Below, piece by piece: positions 25,601 through 38,690 of a DNA stretch of 64,000 bases. Source of the DNA: Guillardia theta CCMP2712 (taxonomy: Eukaryota > Protista > Cryptophyta); assembly GCF_000315625.1 (NCBI RefSeq), contig NW_005434662.1, forward strand, positions 87,132 to 151,131. The letters run 5' to 3'. A program made the position numbers and the translations under genes. The notes under the pieces are model-generated. The model was not told the DNA's origin. It ran no database searches and saw only the letters and a program-made list of their open reading frames with translations. Positions within the stretch are counted from its first letter, which is position 1, and the number at the start of each line of letters is the position of its first letter.

Positions 25601-28600
25601 AGGGGGCATGAGACCGAAGCTGCTGGTGGAGACGGATGAGATGGGAAGCGCCTCCCCCGCCACCATCAGCCTGCTCAACGTGCTGCACTACGAGGAAGGA
25701 GTGGTGGGCTGGAGAGAGTACTTCCACCAGTGGATGAAGACGGTACAGAAGCAGCTGGATGACAAGGTTGTCAATGAGCTGAACCACCTGGTGGAAAGCC
25801 TCTTCCCTGAGATCGAGACGTTCATACGGCATAACTGCCAGCTCTACTTGTACATGTCCACCGTCAACGTCTGCAGATGCTTCTGCAGTATCCTTCACTA
25901 CCACATCTTCCTCGGCAAGGCTGTGCCCTACAAGCGGTCCATCTCCTTCTGCCGCTCCTGCTTCATCTTCGCCGTTGCATGGTCGTGGGGCAGTTTGCTT
26001 CAGGTCCAGTCTCGCGGGAAGTTCGCCGCCACCATCAAGCAGATGGTTCTCGAGCACGACCTGCTTTCCGACGCCGAGAGCGGGCTGGTTGACGAGCTGT
26101 GGAACGTGTACGTGTCGTTTGAGACGATGAAGCTGAGAAAGTTCGACGAGATGGGAGAAGACATCGTAGCAGAAGAGAAGATCTCGTACGAGCGAGACAC
26201 TGCTCTTATCATCCGAACCCCCGTCTTGCGAGTCTGCGACTACCTGTGGAACATGTTCAGGTTCCAGCAAGACAGCGTCTTCATCTACGGGGCTGAGAGC
26301 GAAGGCAAGACAACTCTGATGACCTTCATGGCGTCCAACAGGAGGAGGTACGAGGCGGACTCGCAGGTGTCAGGGACCAGGTTGACGTCCTCCACCACCC
26401 CTCTAGAGTTCTGCAAGTGGGTCGAGAGCGAGGCGAGCCCGAGCTTCGCGGTGTCGAAGAAGATCCTGCTGGTCATCGACGACGTGCATGTGTCTCTAGA
26501 GCGCTGCGGGGAGACGTCGTACATCTCCGAGATGCTGAGGAGCGTCCAGCTGTCGCGAGCGTTCTTCAAGGCTGACTCGTTCGAGGATGAGAAGAGGTTT
26601 CAAGCCGTTTGCACCACCCTCATCGGCGACCTCCGCTCGCTCACCCGCAAATCCGATCGCCTGCTCACGAGCTTCTTCCACCTCGAGATTCGATTTGCGT
26701 CCCTTCCCAACCTCCATGGCATCCTCTCGCAGAAGGTGTCACAAGCTGAGATCTGGAGGTTCCCCAAGCTCAGGCCATACCTGGACAAGTTCACGTTCGC
26801 GCTCATGTACGTCTTGAACGCAGCCGAGCAGACCTTCACCTCGGGCCTGAGCTCGTCAAAGCGTGTGCTGCTGACGTGGAACGTGGACCAGGTTGTCACC
26901 GTCATGCAGTCCTTCAACAACCTCAAGCTGAGGAGCGACAAGGACATTGAGTTCGGCCTGCAGTACCTCTGGCACGAAGCGTCTCGAGTCTTCCTCGATC
27001 GGCTGCTGGGCTCAGAGGTGGAGCAGGAAGTGGGACTTCGGGTGAGGGAGTGCTTTGTCAAGGCGCTGGGGAGTCAGAACAAGCGGAACATTCGGATCGC
27101 CTGCGAGGCTCAAGTCTACTTCGTGACTCTCCCCGAGCTCAAAGTCAAGGACACCGGCGACTCCAACCGTCGGGCTTCCACCAAAGTCGTGTCGAGGAGC
27201 TGGGAAACGTTGGAGCTGACGGGAAGAGACATGTTGACAAGAGCTGAGAACACGCTGACGTGCTCGCGTGATTGCTCGCACCTGCTCTTCCTTGACAACC
27301 TTGTCAAGCACCTCAGTCACGTCCTGCGCGTCCTCCGGCCGGACTCGAGGATGCGATGCTGCGTCATGGCTGGACCCAGAGAGGCGGGGAAGGAGGAGGT
27401 GCTGCGGATGGCCGCGAGGATGTGCCACTACGAGATCTGCTTCGAGACAGACAGCAACGGGCTTGACGTACTGCAGGAGCTCAAGGTTTCCCTGCACCAC
27501 CGCGAGCACAAGCTCTTCGTGCTGCAAAGCGACGGGCTCTTGCTTCAGAGCGTGCACGGAGAGTACGTGAGCAAGCTGATCAAGGGACAAGGGCTGGAGC
27601 GATGGGAGGCCCTCGGCAGCCGCCACGTTCGCATCGCCATCACGATGAACTTTGTGGAGAGTGAGGAGGTGGTCCGGGTGCCCGAGCAGCTGGTCAAGGT
27701 GCTGCCGTTCGCCTCGGTCTCGTGGTGCAGAGGCTGGTCGGACGAGTCGCTGCGATCCTTTGCTAGCCAGCAGACCCTGAAGGTGTCGAGTACGTGCAGC
27801 ACACCTGAGGTGATTCACGACCTGCATAAGATCTTTCAGCGAGCTACGATGCGCAAATTCTCGTTGAGCTCGAAGCAGCTGTCGTGCCTCGACCCCCTAA
27901 TGTTCACCTTGGTACACGTGTTCAAGTACATCTTCTCAGCGCTGCAGGAGAGGTTCGCGTCGAGAAAGACCACCATCAGGCAGGCGCTGGAGACCTACCA
28001 GAAGCTTCAGGAGCTTCAGAGCAGCGTGGAAATGGAGTATGACAACCAGAAGAAGATTGTCAAGCAGACGTCTGCCGCTCAGAGCAAGTGGCGAGATGAT
28101 ACAATGCAGTTCAGAAAGATTGTCCAACGAGCTCGCAAGATAGCCGAGGACGAAGAGATCGAGATGCTGCGATCTGTGCTGGAGGGCGATGCGCCGGGCC
28201 CCGAGCTGTCAAGAGAGTTCTATCAAGCTCAGATCCAGCTGCAGGCAGCTACAAAGGCTGTCGCCAACTTATCAGAGGCGCACTACATGCAGCTGGAGCT
28301 GGTGCAGGGCCATGAGGAGCTGCTGGAGTTGCTGCATGAGGCCTTGTGTGCCTGCCTCAGAATCCCCTACGAGCCCTTTGAGAGCGACCGGCTGAACCAC
28401 CTCAAGTCGCTGTGCCCCCAGCTGTCGGAGAAGATCAGCAGCTTCGAGCTGCAGGCGATGAGCATGCATGACCTGCAGAGGCTGCGCAAACTGTCGTCAA
28501 ACAAGCGCTTCATCCCCGAGAAGTTCTTCGTCATCAACAAGGCGGCCGGCGCTCTCGTGCACTGGGTGAGATCCGTCGAGCTGTTGGGGCGGCTCAACGA

Positions 28601-31600
28601 GTGGATGAATCCGAACTCGCACACCAACCAGCATCAGTCCCTGGATCAAGTGCAGCGCATGGCGCGACTGCCGCTCATGACCATGAACCAGGTCGAGTCG
28701 GAAGTTGAGAACGCGCGGGCGACGCATCTGAATGCGATCAGAGAAGAGTCGGAGGCGAAGGAGAAGATGCAGAAGCTGCGGAGAGTGTTGGAGTCTTGCA
28801 GCCTTGTCCTGGAGATTCTAGCGGATGACCAGAACTATTGGAAAGAGGAGGAGGAGGAGTTGAGCAGGGAGGAGCAGAACAGCTTTGGAGATGCCCTGCT
28901 CTACGCTTGTTTCCATACTTACTTGGGTCTCTTTGACTTCCAGGGCCGACAGAGGCTGTTGGATGAGCTCAAGCAGCATCTGCTCCAGAGCCGAATCGAA
29001 GTTTCGAGTGAGTTCAGCATCGATAACTTGTTGAAGCATATGGTTGCTATCTCCGAGTCCTTCGTCAAGTTTCCGCAGAAGAGCAGCTCGGTGAAAGAGC
29101 TTGTCTTCACCGTTTTCAACTCCCCCAAGATACCTCTGTTCGTCGATGCCTCCGGCCTCATGTGGTACTTCATGTCGACCTACTGCCGCGCTTCAGTCTT
29201 TCGCGGCAACGACGCGTCCCTCGAAGACTTCTTGACGCTCGCCAAGGACAAGGCCGAGCTCGTCCTGCTGTCTGACGTGGAGGTGGAGAGAAGGACCCTG
29301 CTGTCGCTGCTTGAGCGAAGACCAGACCTGCGACCAGAAGCGTTTGGGCTGGGGGAGAAGCAGTACGCCCTCTTCTTCTTCTCACGGCTTGACCTCCGGT
29401 CACTCGACTGGCGCAAGGACCTGACGCACTTCACCGTGTGCTGCTGTGAGTTTGACCAAGAGGCGACTGAGGAGCTCATGTCGGACCTCGTCCTCGAGAC
29501 GCTGGACCCCTCGGCCAAGAGGGGATGGATGGACTATCACCGCCAGCTGTCCGTCCTGCAGAATCAGCTGCGAGGGAAGATCGAGGCGATCCGAGACCTC
29601 ATCTGCCACTCGGACTTCATCGCTGACATTCAGGAGGCTGAGTCAAGCGCAACCCTCGACCTCTGCCAGTCCGTCAAGCACCTCCGAAAGCAGATGCAGG
29701 ACTACGTGGTGGCGAGTGCGGAGAAGCTCAAGAACCGAGACTACTTGTCAGCTTTCTCTCGCAACTGCTCCAGCCTCCTCCGCGCAGCGCCAGAGACGAG
29801 TAGGATAACAGGTAAGACTTGGAGTCACTAGAGGAGTTGCTTGACTGTTGCCTTCAGGTGTCTTCGACTCGTCCATCCATCAGCTTAGACAAGCCTTGGG
29901 GTTGATGGACAGTGTGGATTCTATGGAGTACGGCACCAAACACTTCTCCGACGTAATGAGCAAGCAGACAGATGAGATCGTAGCCGCCTGGCTGTCCCTC
30001 ACCTTCCTCGCTCTCCCCGACTCTCAGTTCGGTCTCGTCTCCCTCGTCTGCCTCGCCCACGTGCATGGCCGTCCCTTCAACAAGGTTTGGGCCCTGTGGC
30101 AGGCGGCGACTCGAGCGCTCCACGAGGCGGGCGAGGCGGACCTGTGCTCCCTGGGCCAGAGGGAGTGCGGACCCCAGCAGATGTTCAGCAGGGTTGGATG
30201 GAGGGTCTTGCGGGAGATGAAAGAACAGCTGGGGGTGCATTATGACGCGTTGGTGATGAGCATAGAGCACGACCCTGGCAGGTGGAGGCGATACGTAGAG
30301 AGCCAAGCTCTCTCCCTCGACTCCTTCCCCTTCAAGTCCTCCGGCTCCATCTCGATGCCTCTGGAGAAGGTGGTGGTGTGCGCCATGGCTCTCATGCCGC
30401 ACAGGCTCAACGAGCTGCTTGACGTCTTGACGGGGGAGACTCAGACGAGGGTGTGGAGGTTCATGGAGGACAATCGGGTGAAGTTGAGCCAGTACATGGC
30501 CAGACTTGATCTCAACGTCTCCACCTTTCGTCATGGGGCATCTGCTCTTGCCTATACTCGCATCATTGCTCAACAGCTGCACAGCCTTGACCCGACAAGC
30601 TCCTCGCCTGCTCGCCTTGAGCTCCAGCATGAGGGCGACACCGACGGGGGCAGCAGGAAGGAGGAGGGCAAGCACGACCGTTGGGTGGTCACCGAAGCTC
30701 CGGATGCGACTTGGAAAGGAGAGGGAGGCTCAGGGCGGGTGAAACTTGTGCGGGTATGGGACTATACGACCTCGGCCTCGTTCAAGCAGCTCAAGAACTC
30801 CATGACGCTGAGCGACGGGATGATGCTTCTACCCCCTGCTCTCCTGCAAGCCATGGTCCATCAGTCCTGGGCTCGACGAAGCGATGCTCCCTTCTGGAGG
30901 TTCGCCGTTGGACTCTCTTACTTCCTGTCTCTGCTTCTACAAACATGCGGAAAGATGCAAGCTCAACATCTGTTCGACATGGTGCCGATCAAGCATGTGC
31001 ATGTCACGTTGCTGTGTGAGCGCATGGCTGAATGGCAGGGCGACAAGGTGAGGCTTGTGATGCCGAAGCTCATCGGGAGTCACTTGAGGCATCAGGTCGA
31101 GGAGCTTGCTGACAGCATCCTCCTCCATGTCGTGAACTTCTTGGGCGACGTGGCCATGACGTGGCAGGCTCAGCAGCTCGAGGGTCTCTACCGCAGCATC
31201 ATATGCGAGAAGCTCTTCGGAGAGAGTGAGAGCTTGACGGTGATGCTTGCGTCCTCGTGCGCGCCCTGTGATGCCTTGAAGCAGGTGCTGGACAACAAGA
31301 TCGCAGCTCCAGACGCACATGTCGCCTCTCAGTCTGCGATGATAGCCTATGCTCTCACCTTACCTCCGTTGCACCCTCGGACGTTGGACAGTCTCACGAT
31401 CAAGGTAAGGTCGGTGCTTCAGCCCGCTCCTCACACTGCTGGTCAGTATGAGTGGAGCACGGAAGAAGCCATCCTCCGAGCCCTCCCGACGCCTCTCGTC
31501 CATCTCGCCAACCTCAACATCTCGCGTGTCTTGTCCAAGCTGGACACACTCGTCATGCCCAACCCGCTGGTCGGTCTTGCCTCCCTCTTGTCGTCCCTCA

Positions 31601-32937
31601 TGTCCTTCCTTCAGACTCAAGGCCGCATCCGGGTGCTCGGGAGGGAGGTAGAGGTGGGGCCCAGCTAGGATCGAGCTGACTCGCGTGAAGGGTGGGGGAT
31701 TGCAGAGCAGAACAGCGCTGCTCATGTACGAGGCCTTCGTGGGAGACGAGATGCTGGCGCACAACACAGTCGTGGAGACCATCACCGTATCAACCGTATC
31801 AATGTCATGTCGCTCCGCTTGACTCAATGCATGCAGGAGAGGATCAAAGCCTGCAAGCTGCTGCTGTCCGGACGAGTCTGACAAGCCTGAGCTTGACAGT
31901 CTTCACTGTTGACGAGAGTTGCAGGCAAAGTTGAGTGAGAGCAGCGGCTTGGTACAAGCCCTTGCTCGAGAGAGGTGCCTCCTGACCCGTCTTGTCCCTC
32001 TTGACTTTGTGGGGATGGCAGGGTTCCGGCGAGTTGGGATGTAGGGGCGAACAAAGTTGGCATGCCTATCAGCAGGTTTCTGGAGCAAGTGAAGGAACGA
32101 GGAGGCTGGCTTCAAACTTGCATCAGCAACCTCAACCAAGCGGTGAGAGCTGCTCAAGTCGCTCTAAAGTGAAACCTCTTCTCAGAGCATACACGCCAAC
32201 TCACCTGCAGTCCCCTTGCACCTGCACTATGAGCCGGGGCACCTCTTTGACATGTTGCTCGCCCTCAATCACAACTCCGACAGGTCGAGGTCAAGTTTCA
32301 TGGTTGCTACTGACACCTTGCGCTAGAAGCGACGCCGCGGAGTCCGACATCTCGCTCATGGTCCTTCCTGCCTTGGCCTCTTTCTGCTCGCTCACGCCTA
32401 GCAGTTGTATCCCCTCAAGGACCTCGATGATCTAGCTCGGTCGTGGCCGCAGGCTTGCGTGCTTGCTCTAGTGTACTTCAGGTGCTGTGACGGCTCTCTG
32501 CTTGCAGATTGACGAAGAAACAGGCGGACCAAGTTCGATGCTGACGAAGGAGTGCTGCGAAGTGTTGTTAACGAGCAAGACGCTTCATTGCATCCTGCCG
32601 AGAGAGTTTGCGTCATGGTTTGCTCGCCTTGAGCTCGCTGGATGTGACAGGCATGTCTCAGGTCTGCAAGAGAAGCTCGATGCCTTTAAGGAGGCAGATG
32701 AAGAAGGAAGGGCTGAGCTGGTGCAGCATCAGGCTCTATCGCTACCCGCTCCACCCGCGGGTATGCCTCCTGCTTTCCTTGCATCTGGTGACAGTGCGGC
32801 AGCTCTACGGGCATGCTTCTTTGCAGTACGTGTGCAACCTTGTCGTGAGGACGGACTTGCATCCCTCTCGCGTCGATGAGCTCGGAGTCTGCGCCTTCCT
32901 GTCGTCGACCATGCATGCAGGTGATGGGCTACAGTGA
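19688..32937 (+). CDS. Highly divergent dynein heavy chain-like protein (DNHD1-like degeneracy)
   Basis: Colinear DHC landmarks in the 2804-aa ORF: YSFNYV..EVLLTAST (pre-AAA1), GATKAGKTT (AAA2), ASPATIS, GAESEGKTT and IDDVH (AAA3), LWHEASRVFLDRL, GPREAGKE (AAA4), stalk coiled coils, MTBD-like FIPE..INKAAGALVHWV, GDALL..YLGLF, PLFVDASG (AAA5); C-terminal RLELAGCD and LVVRTD..GVCAFL. 5' and 3' exons approximate. Confidence 0.85.
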
Positions 32938-32989
32938 CTGAGACCGTGTCCGCCGTCGCTACCTGAGTGCGCTCCTGTAACCAAGCTGA

Positions 32990-33930
32990 TAATGGCACGT
33001 AGTCTGAGTCACTGATTGGCCCCGGACTTGAAGTCTAGCCGAGTTAGTCACTAGTAGACGGTCACTGCTAGCCTTTGAAACCGGGCCGCCGTCCACGGTC
33101 ACCCTCGTCAAGTGCCATGATCGGATGTCGCGGCCGCCAGCCGCAGCCGCGAGTATAGGTGCCACAACTTCGCAAGGCCCCCGTGTCAGGCTGAGTCAGT
33201 AGTGGCACCTGGCTCGTAGAGTCTACGGTCGGAGTGGTCCCTACCCGGGCCGCGCCTAGTGACTACTACCGGGCCGTACGGCGCAGTCATGATGGACTCC
33301 GGGAAGCACTACACCACTAGCTAGACTACGAGTGTAGAATTGAATACCCGGGATGCCTCATCGGAGCCTCCCGGTACGGTATCTCATCATAGTAGAAGCC
33401 GCCCTACCGTACACCTACTAGGGTCCGAGTCACTATCCGGCGGAGTCGGAAGCCCTACCCCCGGTACCGTACGGTAGACCGTACTACCCGTACACTACCC
33501 GCCCCGGTAGTACCGGCCGGCGGAGTATCATGACCGTACTACGGAAGCCGCCGCGCCCGGAGGTATAGCGCCGCGATCGGACCGTACCGGCGGTCTCAGT
33601 GACTCCCGCGCGCCGCACGCCGGCCCGGCCGGTCGGACCGCCCGCGTGGCGCGGCCCCGCGCCGCACGGTGACAGTGCTGGCCCGCCCGTCGGGCCGGCC
33701 GGCGCCCGTCAAGTACGGTTGTCCGGGCCGAGTCCGGGCCGCCCGACTCCCGGGGGCCCCGACCCGGGGGGTAGTGCCCCTGAGTAGGCTATCGGAAGCT
33801 AGACTGAGTTAACTTTCGGAGGCTACGGTAAAGACTGAGAAGGTAGCCCCCGCCGACTTCCGCGATCACGGTGCAGCGGCCCGGCCTTCAAGCGGAGGCT
33901 TCAAGCCGCGGTGAGCTGCACGAGCACTTG
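32990..33930. repeat. GC-rich palindrome-word island 2
   Basis: CCGG/GTAC/CTAC/GGAAGCC-rich; TGAGTCA at 33005 and 33192; gttaactttcggagg motif at ~33808. Confidence 0.7.
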
Positions 33931-34009
33931 AGGGGAGGGTCAAGGGAGGATACAAGCCTGATGTCCCTTCCTCACGGGCCTCCAGAAGTACGTCGGGACC
34001 GTACTACGG

Positions 34010-34940
34010 TACCCCCCACCCACCTACGTACTGCACCCACTGAATGCTTCAGATACTGCTTGCTGCTGTGTGAACCTGGTATGGGTAGACCCCTCCTCTA
34101 GGCATTAAACCACCCCCTACTTTCAAGGTTTACTTATCTCGAAGCGTCCCTTCCTCAACCTCTTGGGACGGCACGCACTTGCCCCCTATTAAAACCACCC
34201 CTACCTCCTCATCCAGTGACCCTACCCCCTGTCTTTCTCAATATCCCATCGTTTCATGCCCCTACATCCCCGCTCTCCACCCCTACCCATGATAGATCAG
34301 CACGTCTATTGAGAAAAGAAGGGGTAATACCAGACTCACCCCTTCAAATCAGTTCAAATTCAACAACCCCCACCCCCCCCTAACAAACTTTTGATCACCC
34401 CACCCACATGTCCTTCTATCAAGCAATCTTTGTGTTGCACCCAAAAGGACCCTAGCTTGTAAGAGTACCCCCACCTATTAACTCGAATATTCGCAAAGCT
34501 CATCTGACCAACATACCTTATTGACATACCTTATATGAATGAGGATAATTTATCTATAAATGACACTATGATATTTTCCTATAGTAGGGAACATTGCATA
34601 CTAAGGCACCTACCAGTGACATGTGGACCCATTCTGGTTGCTACTCGCTCGACTACCCCTCATGTTTGGACCCTGACCCCCCAATTAACACAGGATCTTT
34701 CACATACCCCCTTTTCCTTTTTTTTTTTACTACCCACCCCGAGATCCCTCCACATCTACCCACCCTGTTTTCTTTGCTATGACCATGGAGGTCTGACCCA
34801 TACATTTACCAATCCTACCCCTCCATTTGACCATACAGGATTGGTGTTTGAACCACCCACCCCTGTAATCTAGTTGTCAAAGGACCCATACACCTAGAGT
34901 ATCTTTACCACCTCAGTACCCCAAACGCCCCCCCTTTTAA
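34010..34940 (-). repeat. ACCC-rich tract (GGGT on the minus strand)
   Basis: Repeated accc/caccccc/taccc words on +. Confidence 0.6.
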
Positions 34941-35031
34941 GTCTCATCGACATTGGCATAAGAGCACGCGCAGTTGCTGGTGATGAAGCATCTCATTATC
35001 TAACACCTTATCCTCTCCATCACAGCTCAGC

Positions 35032-35241
35032 GCTCTGTCTCTGTCTGTTCTTGCTCTGTCTCTGTCTGTTCTTGCTCTGTCTCTGCCTGTTCTTGCTCTG
35101 TCTCTATCTGTTCTTGCTCTGTCTCTGTCTGTTCTTGCTCTGTCTCTGTCTGTTCTTGCTCTGTCTCTGCCTGTTCTTGCTCTGTCTCTATCTGTTCTTG
35201 CTCTGTCTCTGTCTGTTCTTGCTCTGTCTCTGTCTGTTCTT
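35032..35241. repeat. 21-bp minisatellite x10 with a 4-unit higher-order repeat
   Basis: Unit gctctgtctct(gtc/gcc/atc)tgttctt; variant order A,A,B,C,A,A,B,C,A,A. Confidence 0.9.
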
Positions 35242-35539
35242 GCTATGTTTCTCTGTCTCTCCGTCTATGCCTCACCTGCTCTCTACACTATCTTCTACTG
35301 ATAGATCTCAACATGAATTTCTTGTTGATGTCCTCCTTGAGAATTCCTGGCGTTATGTCTTGCTCATGTGGAAGTAGTGGAATGTCCGAACATTCGAAGG
35401 AAATTTGTTGTGTACTAGACAGCACAGTGGTCGCTCCGAAATCATCTTTCTCACTAACCCTCACTCATTTTTTGTCGAAAACATCAGTTTCTCACTATGT
35501 TTTGCAGATAAACCGGCAAGTGAAACAGCGATTGTAGGG

Positions 35540-37150
35540 ATGTTTGCACGTACATTTCTCCGAGCAGTCCCTGCTCGCGCTTTCTCTGCTGCTTCGCAGT
35601 TTGCAAGCAAGAGCATGAGCAAAAAGTGGTCCTGGAAGGCAAGAGCTGCTGTTTTGGCTGCAGGTGGCTTCACAACTTATGCTGTTGTGGACTATGGCCT
35701 TCATCCCCGTCCCTCTAGCGAGGTTGTGGATGATCTTCTCCTCACTAAGCCCGCAACTGAGAGGAAGGAGCGTCTGATTGTGCTCGGATCTGGCTGGGGT
35801 GCAGTCGCTCTGCTTGACAAGATCGACCCGTTCAAGTACGAGGTCATCTGTATCTCTCCTCGCAACCACTTCGTCATGACGCCGCTCCTGCCCTCTGTCA
35901 CCGTGGGAACCATCGAGACCCGCACTGTCGTTGAGTCTATCCGTTCCATCTGCCCCCACGTCAAGTTTATCGAGGCCGAGTGCACTGGACTGAACCCGCA
36001 GGGCAAGACTTTGACCTTCACCTCTTCCAAGCGCCCCAGCAGCAGCAGGGAGGTGCAGGACAGCGCCAAGACTCGTCCTGAGTTTCAGATGGCGTATGAC
36101 AAGCTCGTGGTGGCGGTCGGAGCTGAGAACAACACCTTCAACACCCCCGGAGTTGAGCAGCACGCTCACTTCCTCAAGGAGATCATCGACGCCCGCAGAA
36201 TCCGTGCTGCTATCGTCGATGCCTTCGAGAGCGCTTGTAACCCGGCTCAGACCGAGGAGGAGAGGAAGCGTCTCCTCAACTTCGTTGTCGTTGGTGGAGG
36301 GCCCACTGGCGTTGAGTTTGCCGCCGAGCTCGCTGATCTCCTTCACGAGGATTTGACCAAGTCTTTCCCTAAGCTGAAGAACGATGTCAAGATCCGCCTC
36401 ATCGAGGCCACCGACAAGGTTCTCGGCATGTTCGACTCCAAGGTTTCCGCCTTCACCGCGCAGACTTTTGAGAAGGAGGGTATTGAGGTTCTGGCGAATA
36501 CTTTTGTCAAGGAGGTGAAGCAGAAGGAAGTTCTCGTGCAGAAGAAGGGAAGCAAGGAGATCGAGTCCATCCCCTCGAGCGTTGTCGTGTGGGCAACCGG
36601 CATCAGGAGCAGGCCCATCACCAATAAGATCAGGGAGTGCATCGGCGTGAAGGAGCAGACCAACCCCCGCGCTCTCCTTACCGACGGATTCCTCCGTGTT
36701 AGGGGGGCTGACGGCGTCTATGCTATGGGCGATTGCGCGACCATCGACGGCAAGCCCCTGCCTGCGACTGCTCAGGTGGCGTCACAGGAGGGCAAGTACC
36801 TCTCCAAGTACCTCAATGGCCTTCCTACCGCTCACGAGGACTCGTCTGTCTTGAACGCCGTGCGCAAGATGTACTGGAAGGTGGCCGGCGGCTTTACCTC
36901 CGAGCCCTTTGAGTATGCTCACCGTGGCTCTCTTGCTTACACTGGCGGGGACTCAGCGGCTGCTGACTTCAAAGGCGCTATGAACGGCTTCTTTGACTCC
37001 ATTGGCATGTCTGTGATGACTGGCAAGGCCACCAACATCCTCTGGCGCAGCTTCTACATGAGCGAGCAGCTGTCGATGCGCACCAAGGCGCTCCTGGCTG
37101 TCGACTGGGCCAAGGCCAAGGTGTTCGGGCGTGACTTCAGCCGCTATTAA
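35540..37150 (+). CDS. NDH2: Mitochondrial type II (alternative) NADH dehydrogenase, intronless
   Basis: R/A/S-rich presequence MFARTFLRAVPARAFS; VLGSGWG and VVGGGPTGVEFAAEL Rossmann motifs; SPRNHFVMTPLLPS, YDKLVVAVGA, AMGDCA, PATAQVASQEG and LWRS.Y...FGRD; no EF-hand insert. Confidence 0.95.
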   Translation: MFARTFLRAVPARAFSAASQFASKSMSKKWSWKARAAVLAAGGFTTYAVVDYGLHPRPSSEVVDDLLLTKPATERKERLIVLGSGWGAVALLDKIDPFKYEVICISPRNHFVMTPLLPSVTVGTIETRTVVESIRSICPHVKFIEAECTGLNPQGKTLTFTSSKRPSSSREVQDSAKTRPEFQMAYDKLVVAVGAENNTFNTPGVEQHAHFLKEIIDARRIRAAIVDAFESACNPAQTEEERKRLLNFVVVGGGPTGVEFAAELADLLHEDLTKSFPKLKNDVKIRLIEATDKVLGMFDSKVSAFTAQTFEKEGIEVLANTFVKEVKQKEVLVQKKGSKEIESIPSSVVVWATGIRSRPITNKIRECIGVKEQTNPRALLTDGFLRVRGADGVYAMGDCATIDGKPLPATAQVASQEGKYLSKYLNGLPTAHEDSSVLNAVRKMYWKVAGGFTSEPFEYAHRGSLAYTGGDSAAADFKGAMNGFFDSIGMSVMTGKATNILWRSFYMSEQLSMRTKALLAVDWAKAKVFGRDFSRY

Positions 37151-37479
37151 ACGTGTGAATATGTGTAGTCTAGTGAACTTGTTGCTTCTGCTAGTTTCTA
37201 GTTTCGTCAAGATTTTTTTAAAGTGATAAAGATGATCCAGCTGAACTGGGATGCAAAATTATGAATTAAGACTATCTAACTTCTGGTGCTTGTGTTTCAT
37301 TAATGTACATAACTTTATCATTCAGACTGTTGCGAACCAGATGCAAAAAAAACTCAATACTGTGATCAACTGGACCCATCAAACATCAGTTTTGGGACTC
37401 AAATCTGCAAAGCTCACCACGACACCCACATCCTGCCTGTTGACATTTGCTATTGATGTACAAGCAGACTCGTATTGGG

Positions 37480-38690
37480 AAGGATTAACCAAACATTCCG
37501 TGCTGAGATGACAAGACGTGAGACGTCAAAGAGTTAACTGGAACATAACAACCTTCTGTCCTTGGCACAAGAACTGAGACAATCGTTGCAAGTTTCGCGG
37601 CATGTCTCGAAAAGAAACGACCCCTTCAAGGCCCATCAGCAGCAGCAGGCCAACATTTCTTGGATCCTCACCTGCGCTGACTCGTTGAGATAGAAGCACC
37701 TCGGAAACAAGTTGGCGCAGATGTATCCCTGGGGTTACGATAAGTCTCAGTGTGACAGTGAGTGAGTTCAAACAACTGGCAATCACCTTGCAAGCTTCCG
37801 AGCCGCATCCATCGTTCTTGGTCAACTTCTCCCATTCTGCTTTTGCAGCCTGACGAATGCAAGTCAAATAACAGATCTTGCCTCTCTCTGAGTTTTGCAT
37901 ATCACACTTATAGTCACTCTTAGTTTGTCATATTAAAAATCTTGCATTAATGTTTTTGAGCATTTCATCATAGTCCCTCTCACCACGTCAAGTTTGGCTG
38001 CAAGCATCTTGTCCCAGTTTTCAGTCACCCGCACCTGCACAAACACAATCAGTCTAGATTTCATGCTTTCATTTGAAGTACGGGATATTCAATCTTGCAG
38101 AAACTGTTGGTCAGACTGCCGAGGTAGTTGGAAGTCATGTCGGAGGATATGCAGCATCTAAAATGAGATAAGGAGTCATTGACAGCGCTGTTGCCAGTCA
38201 TGTTGCTTACGGTGATGCTGTTGTACAATTCTGCAAATCAAAAGTCTTGATTGATAAAGTGAACTTGGCCGAACAGCAAAGGAGAAGAAGATATAGCTTC
38301 TTCATGTTCAAGTGTGATAACTGTGGAAGCACATCGCTGGTAAGTAAAAATCTACAAGAATTGTTTGCAGACACGACTTTGTCTGCCTGCTGCACTATCA
38401 TGGACCAGCTATTGCGACAGTTAATTTGGACTCTCCTACCGACTCTCAATCAACTGCTTCCATCCACATTGTGACTGTAGAAATAAGACTCTTCCACTCT
38501 CCAACACCTCATTCTTGAATCAACTCTTGTCTGTGATAATACATCATCGCAATGACTGCCGCTGTGCTCTTCTCGCCGCCGAATAATCTGCGGGCTTTGC
38601 GCATCGAGCACATCTCTGCGGCTGTGCTAGCAAAGAGCATGTCTCTACAGGACATACACCATCGAGAGACTCTCTCATCAGCAGCATTCC
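37480..38690 (-). CDS. Hypothetical multi-exon protein
   Basis: Short minus-strand segments bounded by AG/GT, e.g. VRVTENWDKMLAAKLDV and AAKAEWEKLTKNDG. No recognisable domain; boundaries uncertain. Confidence 0.3.

Noticed and set aside
35051-35377. ORF of (LCLCLFL)n and possible CRISPR-like array
   Set aside because: Translation of a minisatellite; units are contiguous with no unique spacers, and there are no cas genes.
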